A stretch of 64,000 bases of DNA from Octopus vulgaris (taxonomy: Eukaryota), in contig OX597819.1 of NCBI GenBank assembly GCA_951406725.2, positions 13,578,001 to 13,642,000 on the forward strand, written 5' to 3'. Within the stretch, counting starts at the first letter, position 1; each line of letters starts with the position of its first letter. A model generated the notes under the pieces. The model worked only from the letters and a program-made list of their open reading frames with translations. It ran no database searches and was not told the DNA's origin. Shown piece after piece: positions 36,454 through 49,487 of the stretch. Both the position numbers and the translations under genes were made by a program.

Positions 36454-36455
36454 GT
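35760..36455 (+). mobile_element. Unclassified retroposon-like repeat (family F) ending in (ATT)n
   Basis: About 36140-36390 is the reverse complement of 60898-61145; both abut an ATT/AAT tract. Confidence 0.65.
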
Positions 36456-36465
36456 TATTGTTCAG

Positions 36466-36537
36466 GTCACTGCTTGGAATCGAACTCGGAATCTTGGGAT
36501 TAGTAGCCCGCGCTCTTAACCACTACGCCATATGCCC
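36466..36537 (-). mobile_element. tRNA-derived SINE head (pseudo-tRNA)
   Basis: gggcatatggcgtagtggttaagagc..gagttcgattcc with A and B boxes; acceptor stem not closed; runs into (AAT)n. Confidence 0.75.
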
Positions 36538-36539
36538 TG

Positions 36540-36570
<31 letters not shown>

Positions 36571-36617
36571 TCGAAAAATACCTTAGGAATGAGAACCCAG
36601 GTTCGAAATTACCCCAA

Positions 36618-36663
36618 GACACCTGAAGAAAGCTGGAGGGTATATCAGCCGAAACGTTGTGCT
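36618..36663 (+). ncRNA. Minimal type-I hammerhead ribozyme
   Basis: gaCAC-CUGAAGA-aa-GCUG(gaggguauau)CAGC-c-GAAA-CG-UU-GUGcu. Confidence 0.65.
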
Positions 36664-37114
36664 AACAACAAACGAGATGAGGACAAATATCCGTCGAATG
36701 TAAATAATGTAAATAATGAACTCTAGTGAGGTTTGAACACAAAGCGTCAAGGAACGTATCTAAATACGGAATATTTTTAGATGGCGCTGGGGTGTACTCA
36801 GCCAATTAAATTAACTCCCAATACTTGACTGTTAATTAATACTAAAATAATATGAGCTAGGGGAGAAAACCCAAATGAGCCAATTACATGAATTTGGTTA
36901 GATAAATTAAGAGGTGGGATGTATTGAATGCATCACATAAAACGTCCTTATGTGAAATTTACCTCTTAGTTGGAGAAAGAAAGCAGAAATCTAGTGGGAA
37001 GGAAGTAAAAACCGAGCAGCAGATATTAGCGACAATCCAAGAAGGTGGCTGGGTGGTCATTACAAAGAATTGTTCTCTCATAATTAGTGACGTATGTTAT
37101 AATTATCTATTGTA

Positions 37115-37297
37115 CTTTTTTTACTTGTTTCAGTCATTTGACTGTGGCCATGCTAGAGCACCACCTTTAGACGAGCAAATCGGCCCCACCCAGGACTTAT
37201 TCTTTGTAAGCTTAGTACTTATTCTATCGGTCTCTTTTGCCGATTCGCTGAGTTACGGGGACGTAAACACACCAGCATCGGTTTTCAAGGGATGTTG

Positions 37298-37332
<35 letters not shown>

Positions 37333-37483
37333 TTATATACGACGAGCTTCTTTCAGTTTCCGTCTACCAAATCCACTCACAAAGCTTGGGCCAGCCCGAG
37401 GCTATAGTAGAAGTCACTTGCCTTGGGACTGAACCCGGAACCATGTGGCTGGTAAGCAAGCTACTTACCACACAGCCACTCCT
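37115..37483 (-). mobile_element. SINE family A
   Basis: Reverse complement with a small deletion in the head. Confidence 0.85.
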
Positions 37484-38492
37484 CTTAATGAGTGATCTTT
37501 GTTAATCTACATAATTATCTTTACATAGAGATGAGGCTGAAACAGCTGCAACTAGGATGAACCAAGCTCGATACATTTCTTCCCCTGTGTAACTCTTTTT
37601 CTTTTCTCTCCTCAACTAAATATGTTTACTTCATTTTTGTTAAAAATATGCAAAACTATAATTTACCAAAATTAGAAACGTTCATTTCGAAAACACTTAG
37701 TAATAGGGACATAACAATCTATGAAAAGGAATTTTAATGAATCGATGCGATAAAATCTGCAGATCAAATACTTTAAGATTATTAAATGATATTGATTATA
37801 AATTTCAACTCATCGGAAATAGGTTATTTGAGTCAGAAATTCCCTGTTTATTGTGTTCGTTCGATCTTAGCTGTTCCCCTATGATGGTGTGTGTATCATT
37901 CAATCGATAGATCATTACCGCTGCTGCTTTGCTTCACGCCGAACGACAACATAATCTGAACTGTTTCAGAATTTATTCAACAACTCTGGAACACACAATT
38001 CCAATTCTATATTTCTCAGATGAAGAATTTATATTGTGTACACCGTTTACGTTAGTTGGAATGGTACTGTCCAATCGGTACAGAACCGGCATGAGACATC
38101 AATGGAGATTTCTAAGCCTTAAAATTTCATTCTGTCATTGCTTACGGGTATAGCCAAGTGGATTATTGGCTCTGGTTAATGCAGTGCAATAACATAGACG
38201 TTATGAGTTCATTCCTAGGCAAGGCACTAAGGTGAATCACAAGGCATCTGAAGAGGGCTGAAGGTGGCTGTGTGGTATTTACAAAGAATTGTTCAGCCTC
38301 ATCTCTATGTAAAGATAATTATGTAGATTAACAAAGATCACTCATTAAGAGGAGTGGCTGTGTGGTAAGTAGCTTGCTTACCAGCCACATGATTCCAGGT
38401 TCAGTCCCACTGCGTGGCACCTTAGGCAAGTGTCTTCTACTATAAACCTCGGGCTGGCCCAAGCTTTGTGAGTGGATTTGGTAGACGGAAAC
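37356..38492. repeat. Inverted duplication (37356-37541 / 38292-38492) of SINE head plus unique flank
   Basis: ctcttaatgagtgatctttgttaatctacataattatc.. present in both orientations. Confidence 0.85.
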
Positions 38493-38579
38493 AGCCGAGA
38501 GACGTAGGGAAAGCAATAATCAAGATGAAGACACCAGCTCGACTATTGTTGTATTGCACCGATGCATAAACGCAATAGA

Positions 38580-38845
38580 CTGGCACTCCGTCGGTTGCGA
38601 CGACGAGGGTTCCAGTTGATCCGATCGACAGAACAGCTTGCTCGTGAGATTAACGTGCAAGTAGCTGAGCACTCCAAATACACGTGTACCCCTTCGCATA
38701 CTTCTCAGGGAGATTCAGTGTGACACAGATTGTGAGAAGGCTGGCCCCTTGAAATACAGGTACTACTCCTTTTTGTCAGCTGAGTGGACTGGAACTTTAT
38801 TTCGCGTTGTTCCAGCGGACAAAAATGAGTAGTACCTGTATTTGA
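38580..38845 (-). mobile_element. SINE family B older variant, partial
   Basis: gcactccgtcggttgcgacgacgagggttcc tail complement. Confidence 0.75.
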
Positions 38846-39448
38846 ATATGAATATTCTACAATATATTAGAGAATAACAAGTATTCCAAGTCATCAGGAA
38901 GTTTACTATTTTACACTTTCTAATGAAATGTAAAAAGTATATCTTATAATATTATTATTACAAATTTGGGATATTTATAAATAGATAAGCAACTCCTATT
39001 TCAGGATAACCTCATGGTATGGTATACGCAGAGAAAATTACATCAAATAAAATAATTAAAATATCATACAATAAAATTAGTTAAATAAATATATCTTACC
39101 TGTTATTAATCTGTGAGGAAAGTAGGTAGTACAAGTAATAGCTACACGTATTTCTGCGCTAGTGGGGTGTGTATTAAGGCTATACTTAATACATAAATCC
39201 ACCAGTGCGTCCTCAGACTATGCATATTATTATTATGTACGGGTAAAAGTTAAAAATTTAAAGTTTAAAATCATTTTAAAAATAAAAATTACAAATATAA
39301 TTTTTAAAATATCAAATACCTAAAGTACAATTAAGATATATATTGAAAATGCTCCACCTAAGGAAATTATTAACGATTAAATTAGAAATATATCAAATAT
39401 TATAATATATCTAAATAAATATTATAGAAATTAAGGTGAAACTAAAGG

Positions 39449-39744
39449 GTTTGAACCGAGCAAAAAAAAAAAAAAAGAAAAAAAAGATGAATAGTGTAAT
39501 AGGTGTAAAACAACTTGCCGTAAAGAAATACGAGAAAAAGATGCGCGCTCGCGAGCGAGGGGTCAGGGAGAGGGCTCGGAAAATTCACATCGTCCGACCA
39601 TGATCTTTAAACTCTAGTGTTTGACCCGAGCAAAAAAATTTTAATAGTGTAATAGCTGTACAACAACATGTAAATGAATATAAAAAAATACGCGCTCGCG
39701 AACGGGGGCGGGGGGGGGGGAGGACTCGGAAAATTCACGTCGTC
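39449..39744. repeat. Two diverged tandem units, 170-bp period
   Basis: gtttga.ccgagcaaaa..gcgctcgcga..ctcggaaaattcac.tcgtc at 39449 and 39619. Confidence 0.8.
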
Positions 39745-40660
39745 AATTCACACCCAAAATACAAGAAAATACTGTTTTTTTTCAATTATTAGGTATTTTT
39801 AGTAATTTTATGCACCACATCTTAGGGCTTATTACTATTATTTAAGGTGGTAGAGCTGGCAAAATGGCTTGGCTTGGTTTCGCTTGGTTTGCCTTAGCTT
39901 GTATTTATATTTATATTTATATTAAGACTTTCAGGATAGGAGTATAGAAATATAAACATAAATATGAAATATAACAATATAAACATAAAAATCTAAAAAA
40001 ATATAAGGTGTATTATGAAGCTAGAAAATAAATTAAAAGAGGCGTTTGAAAGTATTAGTCCAAACCTGCGGCCGTTTCACAAAAGCTTAGCTTCCTCAGT
40101 TGTCGGCTGATATATCCACTCCGCATTGCGAGCATTCAAACAGGATACGTCTTCGTCAAAGCAGTTGCTGCCGCAAAGCAAATTAAATAAAATTTGCAAT
40201 TTACGGAGCGTCAAAGTTGGTAACAAATACAGGACAGTCAAAACAAACGGTAAGTGCTGTTTAGCCATAAGAAGGTGAGGTGCTCAACGTTGGAGAAACA
40301 AGCTTTCACAGGAGACAGACAAGGATGCGTCTTATCCCTGTAGCTGAACGAGACCAAAGAAAGAAATTCAGTTAGAAATTATTTAGTCATACATAATAAT
40401 GTCGTCGCTTACATTCGGGCCTTCAGGTTTCTCTCTAAAAGATACAATAATCGTCGCACTTCTTCAGCTGTCGCAAAACTAGCGCACATGTCACCATCCA
40501 TTACAAACACGAAACAATACACGAAAAAAATGTCATGAGGTCATTTCTTCTTTTCTTCGTACAAGGATCGTAGTAATATTTTGCCAGAACTGGGCAAAAT
40601 CCCTTCTATGTTTCCCTTAAAATAATTAAAGATATAAAGTATTAAAATAAACAGATTATA

Positions 40661-41231
40661 TCAGGTCATCCCATAAGTTCTGTCCGAAGTTTGAATAAAG
40701 AAAACAAACGATCAAATGTTATATTTAATTGAAATTTAATCATTAATGTACGTTCCTTGATTATCTATGACTTCCTTCCATCTATTTACAAGCTTTTTGA
40801 TCCCATCAATGTAAAACTCTTTTGGTTTCAAAGCGAAGAACTCTGAAATGTCAGTTTCGACCTCCTCCTTGGCTTGTGAAAGTTATGTCCCCAAAATGAT
40901 TCTGTAAACTACGAAACAAATGGTAGTGTGAAGGAGCAAGGCCGGAAGAATAAGGTGGATGAGGAATTTTTCCCAACCAAGCTCTTCGATCTTCTGTCAT
41001 GTGATCTTTGCAGCGTGGGGTCGCGCATTGTCCTGATGAAACATCACTCCTTTTCGATTCACTAAAGCGGGTCTTTTTTTTCTTCAAAGCTTGGTTCAAA
41101 CGCTCTAATTGCTGACAGTAGACTTGAGTATTCATTGCTGCATTAGGTGGTAACAATTCGAAGTGAATTACTCCTTTGCAATCCCACCAGCTAGAAAATT
41201 CTTCTTTTAATTTCGTTCGCTGTGGATCCAA
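40661..41231 (-). mobile_element. Mariner 3' half with one TIR
   Basis: WWDCKGVIHFELLP..YCQQLERL..PHPPYSSGLAPSHYHLFRSLQ; TA then tcaggtcatcccataagttctgtccg. Confidence 0.85.
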
Positions 41232-41621
41232 TATATTCTTTATTATTAATATTGTTATTATTATTAGAGGTTACTATACATTTATAAATTACGTTATCTA
41301 GATTGCAATTATTATTAAGTCTGCATTTGGATTTGTCTTTATATGTGCATTTATTTAAAATACGGTTATGTTTATTGTTTGTGATGGTTCTGCTGTAGCA
41401 ATGGTTAATATTAGTTAAATTATTATTATAAAATTTGTTTAATTTGAAATTGTTTATTGGGGATATAATATTACTTACATTCCTTGTTGTAGAATATTGG
41501 AGAATATTTTCGAGTACGTATTGTTCTTTTTAAAGGATGTTTTTATTATGTTCAAAATTTCTTTAATAATATTAGTTTTAATTTGGGCCCCATAAGGGAT
41601 AATTAGGCATATAATTTCCTG

Positions 41622-41690
<69 letters not shown>

Positions 41691-41734
41691 TTTCATCGTT
41701 GTCAGTGTATTCTTCGTGGGTATATAATAATTAT

Positions 41735-42163
41735 GCTTAGGCACAAGGCCTGAAATTTGGGGGGAGGGGATCAGTCGACTAGATCGATCCTAGCACGCAA
41801 CTGGTATTTAATTTAATATTAGATCGACCCTAGTACGCAACTGGTATTTAATTTATGGACCCATGAAGGGATGAAAGGCAAAGTTGACCTCGACGGAATT
41901 TGAACTTAGAACGTAAAGACAGACGAAATACCTATTTCTTTATTACCCACAAGGGGCTAAACACAGAGGGGACAAACAAGAACAGACACAGGTATTAAGT
42001 CGATTACATCGACCCCAGTTCGTAACTGGTATTTAATTTATGGACCCATGAAGGGATGAAAGGCAAAGTTGACCTCGGCGGAATTTGAACTCACAACGTA
42101 AAGACAGACGAAATACCGCTTAGCATTTCGCCCGGCGTCCTAATGTTTCTGCCAGCTCGCCGC
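41735..42163 (-). mobile_element. SINE family C dimer
   Basis: Reverse complement; body twice. Confidence 0.8.
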
Positions 42164-42233
42164 TGTTTTTGCCAGGAGGTGTCCAGAATAGTTGTAATCC
42201 TGGTAAAAGACTAAATGAATAAAATCTCTATAT

Positions 42234-42394
42234 AGGCGCAGGAGTGGCTGTGTGGAAAGTAGCTTGTTTACCAACCACATAGTTCCGGGTTCAGTCCCAC
42301 TGCGTGGCACCATGGGCAAGTGTCTTCTACTATAGCCTCGGGCCGACCAAAGCCTTGTGAGTGGATTGGTAGATGAAACTGAAAGAAGCCCGTC

Positions 42395-42452
<58 letters not shown>

Positions 42453-42660
42453 GCGTGTGTATATTTGTGTGTGTCCCCCTAGCATTGCTTGACAACCGAT
42501 GCTGGTGTGTTTATGTCCCCGTTACGTAGCGGTTCGGCAAAAGAGACCGATAGAATAAGTACTGGGCTTACAAAAGAATAAGTCCCGGGGTCGAGTTGCT
42601 CGATTAAAGGCGGTGCTCCAGCATGGCCGCAGTCAAATGACTGAAACAAGTAAAAGAGTA
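42234..42660 (+). mobile_element. SINE family A, young
   Basis: CpG-rich full-length copy. Confidence 0.9.
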
Positions 42661-42711
42661 TTGCATAATTTGATTGATTGGTTTATATTATTATTTATAA
42701 TTACAGCAATT

Positions 42712-44137
42712 AATATAATAAGAGCCGTGTTTCTCCGTCCATCCGTCACACGATTTTCCAATGATTTCTCGAATATGAAAAGAACTTCTATTATAGCATC
42801 ATTTTCATCGCTAAAGAAAAATGATGTTTTTTTTTAACAGAGACAACATTTTTGATAATTTTTGATAATTTTTTCTTTGTTTTATGTTTCGTCTGAAAAA
42901 TTCGATTCCTTTCTATGATGACGTCATAATTTATTGATTTCTTTTATAAAATACTCGGTTGATGATTTTCAAATAATATATTTGGAGAACCGAAATAAAA
43001 AAAAAAAAAACCACACTGAATTTCTTCAGACTATTCATTAAATTCGCAAATGCAATGTAAGGAAAAATAAAGCTTGTAATTTATTTTTGATCAAGTTTGT
43101 ATATCCGCACCATCAAAAACAATGGCTATGAATAATTCACTCTCAATAAACGGTGGGAAAATGATAAAGAAAGAGAGACTAGAGTGAGAAAGAGAATGGT
43201 AATAAAAATAGCGAGATTTATTGAAACCTTCTGTCAATAAACAATTGAATTCCGTTGTAAACCTATTTCGAATTATTAAATGCAGTTTTTTGTCTACAAT
43301 TTGAGGTAGATAAACCTTCTGTCAATTCTGCTGTTTGTAAAATAAATTTATTATTTTCACTCAAATATTTGTCTATATACACTCTTTTACTCTTTTACTT
43401 GTTTCAGTCATTTGACTTGCGGCCATGCTGGAGCACCGCCTTTAATCGAGCAACTCGACCCCGGGACTTATTCTTTTTTGTAAGCCCAGTACTTATTCTA
43501 ATCGGTCTCTTTTGCCGAACCGCTAGGTAACGGGGACGTAAACACACCAGCATCGGTTGTCATGCAATGCTAGGGGGACAAATACAGACACACAAACACA
43601 CACACACACACATACATATATATATACATATATACGACAGGCTTCTTTCAGTTTCCGTCTACCAAATCCACTCACAAGGCATTGGTCGGCCCGGGGCTAT
43701 AGCAGAAGACACTTACCTAAGATGCCACGCAGTGGGACTGAACCCGGAACCATGTAGTTGGTTAGCAAGCTACTTACCACACAGCCACTCCTGCGCCTAT
43801 ATGAAGCAAAATATTCTGAAAAATGAAACGATTTTTGTTAAATAATATTAAATGATTATTAAAACTTCACCGATAAAAACAACCTAGTTTTCGAAAATTA
43901 GCCAATCTAAAATCTCTGAATCTAACATTTATTTTTCTGATTATGAAATTAGAGGTAATTACTTATAACTTACTCCAAATACTCTTTGTATTTAATGTGA
44001 ACATATTCTATATTAAATATATAATATACAAGCCTTGTATAGAATGAATATTAAAGGAAGATTTTTAAACAGAGAAACAATTTAAAATTTGACTAGCTTA
44101 CCTTCAGCAATGCGACAGGCATCGAACGAGTGACTAG
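42712..44137 (+). mobile_element. Possible Helitron/Helentron-like non-autonomous element
   Basis: Start taatataataagagccg..ccgtccatccgtc; end near gactag; terminal hairpin weak. Confidence 0.3.
43382..43798 (-). mobile_element. SINE family A, young
   Basis: Full length; inverted relative to the 42234 copy. Confidence 0.9.
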
Positions 44138-44183
44138 AATAATTATTAACATTACATTGATCTTTATATTTCTATATCGATCA

Positions 44184-44565
44184 GGAGGCGCAATGGCCCA
44201 GTGGTTAGGGCAGCGGACTCGCGGTCATAGGATCGCGGTTTCGATTCCCAGACCGGGCGTTGTGAGTGTTTATTGAGCGAAAACACCTAAAAGCTCCACG
44301 AGGCTCCGGCAGGGGATGGTGGTGATCCCTGCTGTACTCTTTCACCACAACTTTCTCTCACTCTTACTTCCTGTTTCTGTTGTACCTGTATTTCAAAGGG
44401 CCGGCCTTGTCACTCTCTGTGTCACGCTGAATATCCCCGAGAACTACGTTAAGGGTACACGTGTCTGTGGAGTGCTCAGCCACTTACACGTTAATTTCAC
44501 GAGCAGGCTGTTTCGTTGATTCGGATCAACCGGAACCCTCGTCGTCGTAACCGACGGAGCGCATC
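44184..44565 (+). mobile_element. SINE family B
   Basis: TSD atatcgatc. Confidence 0.9.
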
Positions 44566-44839
44566 CATATCGATCTATCCAACGAAATGTAAGGATCACT
44601 TTATCCATACGGTGATTCCTCCTCCTTTTTAAACACTTCTTCCTTCTCCTCATGTTCCTCTCTCTCCTCCCCATAAAGGGTCCATATCGGTGTCATCTTC
44701 TGCTCCTTTTTTTACGTGGAATCAAAGCGGTATCACCGGAATGCCTCCTGGCCTGGCTTCCTGATTCTATAGTTGAGTAGTATTTCGCCATGTTGTACCA
44801 AGAATTAAATGTTTCAATGGAGTGAGTGACCTTTCTTTT

Positions 44840-45340
44840 ATTTTTTTTCACTCTTTAATTGCTTGGTACGGAGGAAAAGGCTACGTTCGCGGCCTTCGCA
44901 TGAAACGCTCCGAGACCAGTGAGGTCAATGTGGTTGATGCCTTACTTGAATAACTGCAAGTCGACAACAGATGGCAAAAGGTGGTCCGGTAGGTAATTCC
45001 AGATAGCTGATGTTCGGGGGAAGAAAGATTGCAAATAACGGTTAGTTCGGTGCTCATGGTTATAAGTGGAGAAATATGGGTAACGAGAATTAAGTCAGTC
45101 GGGTTTGTGTAGAGATGGCGAGGAACTTACAAGATTGGAGGAGCGGCGGTCACTGCAATAGTGTCTGTGGCTCAGTGGTTGATGTGCTGGTGAGTGGCTC
45201 CTTTTAGAACCAGCCTAGCATATTCGTGTTGGCACAAACAACACAACCCCACATGTAGGCCCAGTTTTTTTAGGGAGTTAGTGACTATTGGGATCTGACG
45301 TATTTTGATCCCTAAAATCTTTGAGAAATACTTCAGCCTT
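44840..45340 (-). mobile_element. CR1/L2-group LINE 3' relic
   Basis: HRTNRYLQSFFPRTSAIWNYLP..DLQLFK on minus strand. Confidence 0.75.
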
Positions 45341-46089
45341 GTTTTCCGTGTTGTGGATTATCTACAGTGGTAAGGATTAACATTTGTTGTGGATTATCTA
45401 CACTGGTAAAGATTAACATTTGTATTGACTTTAAAGGCTTTAGTTTCGGGTTTATCATGACAAATGTAAGAAATGTGGGGGATATAAGTTTTGAATCCCA
45501 TCATCGCCATGTGCCCCTAAATGAAAGATATTAGTGGAATCAATTATCGGTAATCAAGAAGTACAGCAGAAATGTCCGTAAACTTTTTACCGGAACACTG
45601 TAGGATTTGAACTCAGAATATCAAATACCACAATGTATCCCGTTCGATGCTCTATTGATTTCTGTAGTTCATACCACTCTTGACTGGTTCTTTGTTATCG
45701 ACCTCCATTCCCAGAAGGACGAAAGGCAAAATTGACCACAGTGTCATTCGAACTCAAAACGTAAGAATCCAAAACAAAAGCCGCAACGTTTTACGTCTGA
45801 TGCTCTAGACTCCTAATTCGCTGCCTGCATTTGGACTTGGTTTCCGTTGAGGATTAGGTTTCCGGTCTGGACCTGGTTTCCGGTTTAGTCCTAGTTTCCG
45901 GTCTGGATCTGCTTTTCGGTTTGAGGATAACTTGATGTATTTGATTCCTACTGCAAACAACTCATGAATCGTAATGCCTGCTCCACTTTTCCTGCACCAA
46001 CTTCGGAGTCCCTGTCAAAAGATCATGGGTTGTGCCCTTCTCTGACCAAACCATTTAAAAAACGAATAAGTAAAAAATAATGGTTACAA

Positions 46090-46795
46090 ATTTTGGCACA
46101 AGGCTAGCAATTTAGAGGGAGGGGTAAGTCGATTACACCGACCCTACTGCTCAACAGGTACAGAGTTTATTGACCCTGAAAGGGGTGAAAAGCAAAGTCG
46201 ACCTTGGCTAAATTTGAACGGAGAACGTGAAGACGGACCAAATGCCGCTAAACATTTTGTCTGGCGTGCTAACGATTCTAATACAATATAACCCCCAAAA
46301 CGACAAGATGGCAGAATCGTTAGAACACCGGGCGAAATACCGGTCTTTCGTCTGTCTTTACGTCCTGAGTTCAAATTCCTCCGAAATCGACTTTGCCTTT
46401 CATCCTTTCGGGGTCGATAAATTAAGTAGCAGTTGCGTACTAGGGTCGATCTAATCGACTGGCCCCCACCCCAAAAATTTCGGGCCTTGTGCCTAGAATA
46501 GAAAAGAAACAATATAAGCCCCAAACATTTAATACCAATAAAAATGCTTCCTTCTCGAGCCATGCCAGGCTCATGAGGGTCGGTTTCCCGGTTTCAATGG
46601 CATATAAATTCCCCCACCTGGATAGGACACCGGGCCGTCGCAGAATTACTCCTTTTTTACCAGCTGAGTGGACTGGAGCAACGTGAAATGAAGTGTTTTG
46701 CTCAAGAACATAACGCATCGTTCGGTCCACGAATCGAAACCACAATCTTACGAACATGAATCTAGCACCCCTAACTACTAAGCCACGCGCCTCCC
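46090..46795. mobile_element. SINE cluster: C (-, 46090-46280), C (+, 46305-46506), B-related (-, 46545-46795)
   Basis: Family motifs. Confidence 0.7.
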
Positions 46796-46825
46796 CTCCA
46801 AATGTATAATAATCTTGAAAAATTA

Positions 46826-47160
46826 AGCTCGATCCCTATCAAGATGTAGGACAAGATACTGTGATAGCCTGGGCTTCAGAGACCCACAGCTCTTCAATAT
46901 CCTCCCGAAGAACCTGAGGGACCTGCATGGGGTGGATGCGGATGTCTTTAAAGTAGGACTGGATCTCTTCCTGTCAGGTGTCCCGGATGAACCAACTTCA
47001 CGGCATGAGGTGCAGATGAGGGCAGCTGCATCAAACTCTCTCATGCACCAAATGGCAGTTGCTAAAAAGCATTCGTGAAGTAAAATCATGTAGCAACACC
47101 AAATGGCGGTGCCCCAGCATGGCCACAGCTCGTGAGCTGAAACTAGATAAAATGATAAAA
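46826..47160 (+). mobile_element. CR1-group LINE 3' end with tail similar to SINE family A
   Basis: PQLFNILPKNLRDL..FKVGLDLFLSGVPDEP..AASNSL, stop at 47078; tail ggcggtgccccagcatggccacagc..ctgaaactagataaaa. Confidence 0.8.
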
Positions 47161-47224
47161 TTAAATAAAAAAATGAAATAGCTGTACAAAATAAGTGGGA
47201 AAAGAAACATTGCTTTCAAATGTT

Positions 47225-47430
47225 GGCAGAAGGCCAGCAGTTTGTGGTGGGGAGTGGGTAAGTCGATGACAATCGACCCCAGGGTTCGACTGGTACTTGT
47301 TTTAGTAATCTCGAAAGGATAAAAAGCAAAGTTGACTTCGGCGGCATTTGAACTCAGAACGTAAAGTCCGGAAAACCTGCCGCTAAGCATTTTTCTCCGA
47401 CGCCGTAACGACTCTGCCAACTCGTTGCCG
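47225..47430 (-). mobile_element. SINE family C, diverged
   Basis: Family motif complement. Confidence 0.7.
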
Positions 47431-47764
47431 TCGGGAAAAAAAGAAATATGCAGATGAAAAAAAATTGCAAATAAAATAAGAGCGAGAACTAAATGTGTCA
47501 TTCTTGAACTAAGTTTGTCTAATTCTTGAAAAATGTGACATTAATTAAACGTTAGTGACGAGTGTGATGCAGTGCAGCCAAAAGGTAGTGGAACTGATAC
47601 CATTCCATGTGTTTAGAACGAAATGGTTTTGGGTGGGTGGCACGGGATGGATGGCTGCAAGAGTCACAGCAAAACGGCGGATATTTTTAGCTGCGAATTT
47701 AATCACTCTGATATTCGCAGTTTGCAGACACCTTAACAGATGAGAAAACAAGTTATATTTTGTT

Positions 47765-47922
<158 letters not shown>

Positions 47923-48448
47923 TGCAGATAAACATACACACTAAAATATATTATATACATCTCATTGTATGTGTGTAAGTGCGTGTATATGTATGTGTAT
48001 CATGTATATATATACATATATATATAACACACACACGCATACACACACACACACGCATACACACACACATACACACATACACGCATGCACATAAGCATAC
48101 ACACTAAAATATGTCATATACATCTGATTGTATGTGTGCAAGTGCGTGTATACGTATGTGTATCATGTATATATATATATATATATATATACATATATAT
48201 AACACACACACACACACGCATACACACGTACCTATCAACACCAGAATGGATGAAACTGGTTATACGTAAGTTTTAAAAAATCTAATATATTTAAATGAAA
48301 TATTACACTTATTTCTGTCTCTTTAATTTGTCTAAAAAGATTTCATTAATTCTCTCAAAGTTGCGCATTTTCACCCAATTTTTGTTTATATAACACAATC
48401 TGCACAAAAGACTCTCGCTGCTTTACCCTATATATATATATGTATATG

Positions 48449-48514
<66 letters not shown>

Positions 48515-48517
<3 letters not shown>

Positions 48518-48780
48518 GTGTAATAAATAAAATATATGCATACATACATAGATATATGTACGTACCTACATCTACATGTATATATACATGCATATATAAA
48601 TATATAAATACGTGAGTACAGGACACCACAAATAGACGAGAAACGAAAACGGAAAAACAAGCATGGAACAGACCATTTTTTTACAACGAAAAACAGAGTA
48701 CAAGACAAAGACAAACTACGCAAGGAAAAATCCCCTTCATCAGCTGTCCCTAGGTCAACTCCAGCGTGTTTCGAAGGTGA
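48515..48780 (-). repeat. Penelope-type short repeat, inverted copy of about 55652-55925
   Basis: caggacaccacaaatagacg..aaatccccttcatcagc..gtttcgaaggtga shared. Confidence 0.75.
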
Positions 48781-48791
48781 TATATATATAT

Positions 48792-48793
<2 letters not shown>

Positions 48794-48842
<49 letters not shown>

Positions 48843-48882
48843 GATAGATAGATAGATAGATAGACAGACTTGTAGGTAGTAG

Positions 48883-48915
<33 letters not shown>

Positions 48916-48938
48916 TGATAGATAGACTTGTAGGTAAG

Positions 48939-49030
<92 letters not shown>

Positions 49031-49050
49031 CAGACAGACTTGTAGGTAGG

Positions 49051-49100
<50 letters not shown>
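48794..49100. repeat. (GA)n plus (GATA)n microsatellite
   Basis: Direct reading; gacttgtaggt interrupts three times. Confidence 0.95.
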
Positions 49101-49102
49101 TA

Positions 49103-49427
49103 TTCTTTTATTCTTTTACTTGTTTCAATCATTTGACTGCGGCCATGCTGGAGTACCGCCTTTAGTCGAGCAAATCGTCCGCAGTACTTATTCTTTGTAA
49201 GCCTAGTACTTATTCTATCGGTATATTTTGACGAACCGCTAAGTGACGGGGACGTAAACACACCAGCATGGTTGTCAAGCGATGTTGGGGGGGGGTGACA
49301 AACACAGACATACAAACAAACACATACACACACATATGTATATACGACGGGCTTCTTTCAGTTTCCGTCTACCAAATCCACTCACGAGGCTTTAGTCGGC
49401 CCGAGGCTATAGTAGAAGACACTTGCC

Positions 49428-49430
<3 letters not shown>
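49103..49430 (-). mobile_element. SINE family A, 5'-truncated
   Basis: Reverse complement of body and tail. Confidence 0.85.

Positions 49431-49481
<51 letters not shown>

Positions 49482-49487
<6 letters not shown>

Noticed and set aside
38840-38900. Hammerhead on - strand (CUGAUGA plus long hairpin)
   Set aside because: Cut off by a SINE before any GAAA; at most half a motif.
40040-40255. CpG-rich segment ending in consensus donor ACG|gtaagt
   Set aside because: All + frames contain stops and no partner acceptor is identifiable; could be a non-coding first exon but unsupported.
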